A stretch of DNA of 29,650 nt from Utricularia gibba (Eukaryota; Plantae; Magnoliophyta), in contig NEEC01000361.1 of NCBI GenBank assembly GCA_002189035.1, positions 1-29,650 of the forward strand. The letters are read 5' to 3'. The stretch's first letter is position 1; each line of letters opens with the position of its first letter. The translations under genes were made by a program, and so were the position numbers. Below are positions 1-8,473 of the stretch, in pieces. Below the pieces are notes generated by a model. The model was given only the letters and a program-made list of their open reading frames with translations, was not told the origin of the DNA and did not search any database.

Positions 1-16
1 ACAACATACTTTATAC

Positions 17-330
17 ATGAGGAGGCGGTCTTGGGGGCACTTGGAACCGGAAAAAGATCAGCTTAGGCCTTGGCCCAAAGTAAGTTGTAGTCCGGCAAAT
101 AAAGTGATGTATTTATTATCGTTCGGTTTTCGGTGGCTGCCTACATGGTTTTTCAAGGAACCGCTTCTCGTTTTGTGGCGGCCAGTCTCGCTGGGAACTT
201 GGTCCTTGACGCCGATACTGTATTGCTCATGAGGTCAACCGGATGCAAATCAATTAAAAAAAATGATGCATTTTTTTAAATTACGATATCACGAGCACCC
301 TACATGATTTTTCAAACTCTTACTTTATAC
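17..330. repeat. Representative monomer made of two diverged ~155-159-bp subunits
   Basis: Ungapped at offset 159, positions 101-156 vs 260-315 match at 38/56. This includes CCTACATGGTTTTTCAA (140-156) vs CCTACATGATTTTTCAA (299-315), 16/17. At offset 156-158, TGAGGAGGC (18-26) vs TGTGGCGGC (174-182) match 7/9 and GGGCACTTGG (35-44) vs GGGAACTTGG (193-202) match 9/10. Confidence 0.85.
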
Positions 331-2849
331 TTCAGGAGGTGGTCTTTGGGGGGAAGAGGAACCGGACAAAAGTCAGCTTAGGCTTGGTCCGAAAGTAAGT
401 TGTAGCCCGGCAATGAAAGTGATGTATTTATTAACGTTCGGTATTCGCGGGCTGCCTACATGGTTTTTCAAGGAACCGCTTCTCGTTTTGTGACGGCCAG
501 TCTCGCTGGGAACTTGGTCCTTCATCCCCATTCTGTATGGCTCATGAGGTCAACTGGATGCAAATCGATTAAAAAAAATGATGCACTTGTTTAAATTATG
601 ATGTCACGTGCACCTCACATGATTTTTTCAACAACTTACTTTATACTTGAGAAGGCGGTCTTTGGGTGCACTTGGAAACGGAAAAAGATCAGCTTAGGCC
701 TTGGCCCAAAGTAAGTTGTAGCCCGGCAAAGAAAGTGATGTATTTATTAACGTTCGGTTTTCCGTGTTGCCTACAAGGTTTTTCAAGGAACAGCTTCTCG
801 TTTTGTGGCGGCCACTCTCGCTAGGAACTTGGTCCTTGACCCCAATTCTGTATGGCTCATGAGGTGAACTGGATGCAAATCGATTAAAAAAAATGATGCA
901 TTTGTTTAAATTACGATGTCACGTTCACTCCACATGATTTTTTTAACAACATACTTTATACATGAGGAGGCGGTCTTGGGGGCACTTGGAACCGGAAAAA
1001 GATCAGCTTAGGCCTTGGCCCAAAGTAAGTTGTAGTCCGGCAAATAAAGTGATGTATTTATTATCGTTCGGTTTTCGGGGGCTGCCTACATGGTTTTTCA
1101 AGGAACCGCTTCTCGTTTTGTGGCGGCCAGTCTCGCTGGGAACTTGGTCCTTGACCCGATTCTGTATGGCTCATGAGGTCAACTGGATGCAAATCGATTA
1201 AAAAAAAATGATGCATTTGTTTAAATTATGATGTCACGTGCACCCCACATGATTTTTTTCAACAACTTACTTTATACTTGAGGAGGCGGTCTTGGGGTGC
1301 AGCTGGAACGGGACAAAGGTAAGGTTTGGCTTGCCCGAGAGTTAGTTGTAGCCCGGCAAAAAAAAGTGATGTATTTATTAATGTTCGGTTTTCGGTGTTC
1401 CCTACATGGTTTTTCAAGGAACAGCTTCTCGTTTTGTGGCGGCCAGTCTCGCTAGGAACTTGGTCCGGGCCCGCGATTCTTTATGGCTCATGAGGACAAA
1501 GGATGCAAATCGATGAATACAATGTTGCATTTCTTTAAATTGCGATATCACGTGCACCCCACATGATTTTTTCAACAACTTACTTTATACTTGAGCAGGC
1601 GGTCTTTGGGTGCACCTGGAACGGGACAAAGGTAAGTTTGGCTTGCACCGAGAGTTAGTTGTAGTCTGGCAAATAAAGTGATGTATTTATTATCGTTCGG
1701 TTTTCGGGGCTGCCTACATGGTTTTCAAGGAACAGGTTCTCGTTTTGTGGCGGCCAGTCTCGCTGGGAACTTGGTCCTTGACCCCGATTCTGTATGGCTC
1801 AAGAGGTCAACTGGATGCAAATCGATTAAAAAAAATGATGCATTTGTTTAAATTATGATGTCACTTTCACCCCACATGATTTTTTTAACAACATACTTTA
1901 TACATGAGGAGGCGGTCTTGGGGGGCACTTGGAACCGGAAAAAGATCAGCTTAGGCCTTGACCCAAAGTAAGTTGTAGCCCAGCAAAGAAAGTGATGTAT
2001 TTATTAACGTTCGGTTTTAGGTGTTGCCTATATGGTTTTTCAAGGAACAGCTTCTCGTTTTGTGGCGGCCAGTCTCGCTGGGAACTTGGTCCTTGACCCC
2101 AATTCTGTATGGCTCATGAGGTCAACTGGATGCAAATCGATTAAAAAAAATGATGCATTTGTTTAAATTACGATGTCACGTGCACCCCACATGATTTTTT
2201 TCACAACATACTTTATACATGAGGAGGCGGTCTTGGGGGCACTTGGAACCGGAAAAAAGATCAGCTTAGGCCTTGGCCCAAAGTAAGTTGTAGTCCGGCA
2301 AATAAAGTGATGTATTTATTATCGTTCGGTTTTCGGTGGGCTGCCTACATGGTTTTTCAAGGAACCGCTTCTCGTTTTGTGGCGGCCAGTCTCGCTGGGA
2401 ACTTGGTCCTTGACGCCGATACTGTATTGCTCATGAGGTCAACCGGATGCAAATCAATTAAAAAAAATGATGCATTTTTTAAATTACGATATCACGAGCA
2501 CCCTACATGATTTTTTCAAACTCTTACTTTATACTTCAGGAGGTGGTCTTGGGGGGGAAGAGGAACCGGACAAAAGTCAGCTTAGGCTTGGTCCGAAAGT
2601 AAGTTGTAGCCCGGCAATGAAAGTGATGTATTTATTAACGTTCGGTATTCGCGGGCTGCCTACATGGTTTTTCAAGGAACCGCTTCTCGTTTTGTGACGG
2701 CCAGTCTCGCTGGGAACTTGGTCCTTCATCCCCATTCTGTATGGCTCATGAGGTCAACTGGATGCAAATCGATTAAAAAAAAGATGCACTTGTTTAAATT
2801 ATGATGTCACGTGCACCTCACATGATTTTTTTAACAACATACTTTATAC
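17..2849. repeat. Divergent satellite layer (monomers 1-9) with a 7-monomer ~2.2-kb periodicity
   Basis: Monomers 1-2 and 8-9 share private variants (GACGCCGATACTG, AAATCAATT, GGTATTCGCGGG, GTGACGGCC, CTTCATCCCC) at an offset of 2202-2204 bp. Monomers 3, 5 and 6 carry many private substitutions. Confidence 0.85.
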
Positions 2850-5346
2850 ATGAGGAGGCGGTCTTGGGGGCACTTGGAACCGGAAAAAGATCAGCTTAGG
2901 CCTTGGCCCAAAGTAAGTTGTAGTCCGGCAAATAAAGTGATGCATTTATTATCGTTCGGTTTTAGGTGTTGCCTACATGGTTTTTCAAGGAACGCTTCTC
3001 GTTTTGTGGCGGCCAGTCTCGCTGGGAACTTGGTCCTTGATCCGATTCTGTATGGCTCATGAGGTCAACTGGATGCAAATCGATTAAAAAAAATGATGCA
3101 TTTGTTTAAATTATGATGTCACGTGCACCTCACATGATTTTTTTAACAACATACTTTATACATGAGGAGGCGGTCTTGGGGGCACTTGGAACCGGAAAAA
3201 GATCAGCTTAGGCCTTGGCCCAAAGTAAGTTGTAGTCCGGCAAATAAAGTGATGCATTTATTATCGTTCGGTTTTAGGTGTTGCCTACATGGTTTTTCAA
3301 GGAACCGCTTCTCGTTTTGTGGCGGCCAGTCTCGCTGGGAACTTGGTCCTTGATCTCGATTCTGTATGGCTCATGAGGTCAACTGGATGCAAATCGATTA
3401 AAAAAAATGATGCACTTGTTTAAATTATGATGTCACGTGCACCTCACATGATTTTTTTAACAACATACTTTATACATGAGGAGGCGGTCTTGGGGGGCAC
3501 TTGGAACCGGAAAAAGATCAGCTTAGGCCTTGGCCCAAAGTAAGTTGTAGTCCGGCAAATAAAGTGATGCATTTATTATCGTTCGGTTTTAGGTGTTGCC
3601 TACATGGTTTTTCAAGGAACCGCTTCTCGTTTTGTGGCGGCCAGTCTCGCTGGGAACTTGGTCCTTGATCTCGATTCTGTATGGCTCATGAGGTCAACTG
3701 GATGCAAATCGATTAAAAAAAATGATGCATTTGTTTAAATTATGATGTCACGTGCACCCCACATGATTTTTTTAACAACATACTTTATACATGAGGAGGC
3801 GGTCTTGGGGGCACTTGGAACGGGAAAAAGGTCAGCTTAGGCCTTGGCCCAAAGTAAGTTGTAGTGCAAATAAAGTGATGTATTTATTACGTTCGGTTTT
3901 CGGGGCTGCCTACATGGTTTTTCAAGGAACTGCTTCTCGTTTTGTGGCGGCCAGTCTCGCTGGGAACTTGGTCCTTGACCCCAATTCTGTATGGCTCATG
4001 AGGTCAACTGGATGCAAATCGATTAAAAAAAATGATGCATTTGTTTAAATTATGATGTCACGTGCACCCCACATGATTTTTTTAACAACATACTTTATAC
4101 ATTAGGTGGCGGTCTTGGGGGCACTTTGAACCGGAAAAAGGTCAGCCTAGGCCTTGGCCCAAAGTAAGTTGTAGCCCGGCAAATAAAGTGATGTATTTAT
4201 TATCGTTCGGTTTTCGGGGCTGCCTACATGGTTTTTCAAGGAACTGCTTCTCGTTTTGTGGCGGCCAGTCTCGCTGGGAACTTGGTCCTTGATCCGATTC
4301 TGTATGGCTCATGAGGTCAACTGGATGCAAATCGATTAAAAAAAATGATGCATTTGTTTAAATTATGATGTCACGTGCACCCACATGATTTTTTTAACAA
4401 CATACTTTATACATGAGGAGGGTCTTGGGGGCACTTGGAACCGGAAAAAGATCAGCTTAGGCCTTGGCCCAAAGTAAGTTGTAGTCCGGCAAATAAAGTG
4501 ATGTATTTATTATCGTTCGGTTTTAGGTGTTGCCTACATGGTTTTTCAAGGAACCGCTTCTCGTTTTGTGGCGGCCAGTCTCGCTGGGAACTTGGTCCTT
4601 GATCCGATTCTGTATGGCTCATGAGGTCAACTGGATGCAAATCGATTAAAAAAATGATGCATTTGTTTAAATTATGATGTCACGTGCACCCACATGATTT
4701 TTTAACAACATACTTTATACATGAGAGGCGGTCTTGGGGGCACTTGGAACCGGAAAAAGATCAGCTTAGGCCTTGGCCCAAAGTAAGTTGTAGTCCGGCA
4801 AATAAAGTGATGTATTTATTATCGTTCGGTTTTAGGTGTTGCCTACATGGTTTTTCAAGGAACCGCTTCTCGTTTTGTGGCGGCCAGTCTCGCTGGGAAC
4901 TTGGTCCTTGATCCGATTCTGTATGGCTCATGAGGTCAACTGGATGCAAATCGATTAAAAAAAATGATGCATTTGTTTAAATTATGATGTCACGTGCACC
5001 CACATGATTTTTTAACAACATACTTTATACATGAGGAGGCGGTCTTGGGGGGCACTTGGAACCGGAAAAAAGATCAGCTTAGGCCTTGGCCCAAAGTAAG
5101 TTGTAGTCCGGCAAATAAAGTGATGTATTTATTATCGTTCGGTTTTAGGTGTTGCCTACATGGTTTTTCAAGGAACCGCTTCTCGTTTTGTGGCGGCCAG
5201 TCTCGCTGGGAACTTGGTCCTTGACCCCAATTCTGTATGGCTCATGAGGTCAACTGGATGCAAATCGATTTAAAAAAATGATGCATTTGTTTAAATTATG
5301 ATGTCACGTGCACCCCACATGATTTTTTTAACAACATACTTTATAC
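2850..5346. repeat. Locally homogenised monomer subfamily (monomers 10-17)
   Basis: B-type monomers with TTTTAGGTGTTG (10-12, 15-17), GTGATGCATTT (10-12) and CTTGATCCGA/CTTGATCTCGA (10-12, 14-16). These variants are nearly absent from the rest of the window. Confidence 0.8.
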
Positions 5347-5660
5347 ATGAGGAGGCGGTCTTGGGGGCACTTTGAACCGGAAAAAGGTCAGCTTAGGCCT
5401 TGGCCCAAAGTAAGTTGTAGCCCGGCAAATAAAGTGATGTATTTATTATCGTTCGGTTTTCGGGGGCTGCCTACATGGTTTTTCAAGGAACGCTTCTCGT
5501 TTTTTTGGCGGCCAGTCTCGCTGGGAACTTGGTCCTTGACCCCATTCTGTATGGCTCATGAGGTCAACTGGATGCAAATCGATTAAAAAAAATGATGCAT
5601 TTGTTTAAATTATGATGTCACGTGCACCCCACATGATTTTTTTAACAACATACTTTATAC

Positions 5661-6602
5661 ATGAGGAGGCGTCTTGGGGGCACTTGGAACCGGAAAAAGG
5701 TCAGCTTAGGCCTTGGCCCAAAGTAAGTTGTAGCCCAGCAAAGAAAGTGATGTATTTATTAACGTTCGGTTTTCGGTGTTGCCTACATGGTTTTTGAAGG
5801 AACAGCTTCTCATTTTGTGGCGGCCAGTCTCGCTGGGAACTTGGTCCTTGACCCCCATTCTGTATGGCTCATGAGGTCAACTGGATGTAAATCGATGAAT
5901 ACAATGTTGCATTTGTTTAAATTGCGATATCACGTGCACCTCACATGATTTTTTCAACAACTTACTTTATACCCTAGCAGAAGGTCTTTGGGTGCACGTG
6001 GAACGGGACAAAGTAAGGTTTGGCTTGCACCGAGAGTTAGTTGTAGTCTGGCAAATAAAGTGATGTATTTATTATCGTTCGGTTTTCGGGGGCTGCCTAC
6101 ATGGTTTTTCAAGGAACCGCTTCTCGTTTTGTGGCGGCCAGTCTCGCTGGGAACTTGGTCCTTGACCCCGATTCTGTATTGCTCATGAGGTCAACCGGAT
6201 GCAAATCGATTAAAAAAAATGATGCATTTTTTTAAATTACGATATCACGAGCACCCTACATGATTTTTTTCAAACTCTTACTTTATACTTCAGGAGGTGG
6301 TCTTGGGGGGGAAGAGGAACCGGAAAAAAGTCAGCTTAGGCTTGGCCGAAAGTAAGTTGTAGGCCGGCAATGAAAGTGATGTATTTATTAACGTTCGGTT
6401 TTCGGGGCTGCCTACATGGTTTTTCAAGGAACCGCTTCTCGTTTTGTGGCGGCCAGTCTTGCTGGGAACTTGGTCCTTGACCCCGATTCTGTATGGCCCA
6501 TGAGGTCAACTAGATGCAAATTGATTAAAAAAAATGATGCATTTGTTTAAATTATGATGTCACCTGCACCCCACATGATTTTTTTAACAACATACTTTAT
6601 AC
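5661..6602. repeat. Divergent trimer cassette (pre-C tail + C + D), copy 1
   Basis: Tail GATGTAAATCGATGAATACAATGTTGC is followed by C head CCCTAGCAGAAGGTCTTTGGGTGCACGTGGAACGGGACAAAG, then D head CTTCAGGAGGTGGTCTTGGGGGGAAGAGG. Confidence 0.9.
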
Positions 6603-7854
6603 ATGAGGAGGCGGTCTTGGGGGGCACTTGGAACCGGAAAAAGATCAGCTTAGGCCTTGGCCCAAAGTAAGTTGTAGCCCAACAAAGAAAGTGATGTATT
6701 TATTAACGTTCGGTTTTCGGTGTTGCCTACATGGTTTTTCAAGGAACAGCTTCTCGTTTTGTGGCGGCCAGTCTTGCTGGGAACTTGGTCCTTGACCCCG
6801 ATTCTGTATGGCCCATGAGGTCAACTGGATGCAAATTGATTAAAAAAAATGATGCATTTGTTTAAATTATGATGTCACGTGCACCCCACATGATTTTTTT
6901 AACAACATACTTTATACATGAGGAGGCGGTCTTGGGGGGCACTTGGAACCGGAAAAAGATCAGCTTAGGCCTTGGCCCAAAGTAAGTTGTAGCCCAGCAA
7001 AGAAAGTGATGTATTTATTAACGTTCGGTTTTCGGTGTTGCCTACATGGTTTTTCAAGGAACAGCTTCTCGTTTTTGGCGGCCAGTCTTGCTGGGAACTT
7101 GGTCCTTGACCCCGATTCTGTATGGCCCATGAGGTCAACTGGATGCAAATTGATTAAAAAAAATGATGCATTTGTTTAAATTATGATGTCACGTGCACCC
7201 CACATGATTTTTTTAACAACATACTTTATACATGAGGAGGCGGTCTTTGGGGCACTTGGAACCGGAAAAAGATCAGCTTAGGCCTTGGCCCAAAGTAAGT
7301 TGTAGCCCAGCAAAGAAAGATGTATTTATTAACGTTCGGTTTTCGGTGTTGCCTACATGGTTTTTCAAGGAACAGCTTCTCGTTTTGTGGCGGCCAGTCT
7401 CGCTGGGAACTTGGTCCTTGACCCCCATTCTGTATGGCTCATGAGGTCAACTGGATGCAAATCGATTAAAAAAAATGATGCACTTGTTTAAATTATGATG
7501 TCACGTGCACCCCACATGATTTTTTTAACAACATACTTTATACATGAGGAGGCGGTCTTGGGGCACTTGGAACCGGGAAAAAGATCAGCTTAGGCCTTGG
7601 CCCAAAGTAAGTTGTAGTCCGGCAAATAAAGTGATGTATTTATTCGTTCGGTTTTCGGGGCTGCCTACATGGTTTTTCAAGGAACCGCTTCTCGTTTTGT
7701 GGCGGCCAGTCTCGCTGGGAACTTGGTCCTTGACCCCCATTCTGTATGGCTCATGAGGTCAACTGGATGTAAATCGATGAATACAATGTTGCATTTGTTT
7801 AAATTGCGATATCACGTGCACCTCACATGATTTTTTCAACAACTTACTTTATAC
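5973..7854. repeat. Six-monomer higher-order unit (C-D-A'-A2-A1-B*), ~1.88 kb
   Basis: C starts at ~5973 and again at ~7855. The same six-type order recurs at 27152-29005. Confidence 0.7.
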
Positions 7855-8473
7855 CCTAGGTCTTTGGGTGCACGTGGAACCGGAAAAAGGTAAGCTTGGC
7901 TTGCACCGAGAGTTAGTTGTAGTCTGGCAAATAAAGTGATGTATTTATTATCGTTCGGTTTTCGGGGCTGCCTACATGGTTTTTCAAGGAACCGCTTCTC
8001 GTTTTGTGGCGGCCAGTCTCGCTGGGAACTTGGTCCTTGACCCCGATTCTGTATTGCTCATGAGGTCAACCGGATGCAAATCGATTAAAAAAAATGATGC
8101 ATTTTTTTAAATTACGATATCACGAGCACCCACATGATTTTTTCAAACTCTTACTTTATACTTCAGGAGGTGGTCTTGGGGGAAGAGGAACCGGAAAAAG
8201 TCAGCTTAGGCTTGGGCCGAAAGTAAGTTGTAGCCGGCAATGAAAGTGATGTATTTATTAACGTTCGGTTTTCGGGGGCTGCCTACATGGTTTTTCAAGG
8301 AACCGCTTCTCGTTTTGTGGCGGCCAGTCTTGCTGGGAACTTGGTCCTTGACCCCGATTCTGTATGGCCCATGAGGTCAACTGGATGCAAATTGATTAAA
8401 AAAAATGATGCATTTGTTTAAATTATGATGTCACGTGCACCCCACATGATTTTTTTTAACAACATACTTATAC
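7544..8473. repeat. B*-C-D cassette, copy 2
   Basis: Same pre-C tail, C markers (CTTGCACCGAGAGTTAG, GTATTGCTC, TCAACCGG, ATCACGAGC) and D markers (AAACTCTTAC, CAATGAAAG). Confidence 0.9.

Noticed and set aside
23-31. Minus-strand AGACCGCCT matches part of the 5S rRNA internal control region, raising a 5S rDNA tandem-array idea
   Set aside because: Only 9 nt match. There is no 120-nt 5S-like body on either strand.
19-44. G-rich head GAGGAGGCGGTCTTGGGGG as a G-quadruplex
   Set aside because: At best a two-tier GG pattern with only one long G-run, so its stability is doubtful.
36-52. Right half of a CENP-B box (TTGGAACCGGAA; TTGGAAACGGAA in monomer 3; TGGAACGGGAC in C types)
   Set aside because: The essential TTCG half is missing and only 4 of the 9 core positions match in the consensus.
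71-131. Pol III A-box-like TGGCCCAAAGT and B-box-like GTTCGG about 50 bp apart (tRNA/SINE origin)
   Set aside because: The B-box lacks the conserved GTTCRANNC bases and I see no cloverleaf pairing.
57-170. Resemblance to the 5' end of U2 snRNA (ATCAGCTTAGGCCTTGGCCCAAAGTAAGTTGTAGT at 57-91; CGCTTCTCG at 162-170), with an octamer motif in each repeat
   Set aside because: The match needs four gaps in about 40 columns, stops before the rest of U2, and no Sm site follows. Most likely chance. An Infernal search with the U2 model would settle it.
17-330. Assignment to grass centromeric families (CentC/CentO, 155-156 bp) because of subunit size and a short CACCCC-ACATGA-TTTT look-alike
   Set aside because: Size coincidence and a short remembered motif are not enough evidence. 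A real alignment is required.
1233-1260. GTCACGTG equals the budding-yeast CDEI consensus RTCACRTG
   Set aside because: There is no following >90% AT CDEII and no CDEIII. Point centromeres are not tandem arrays.
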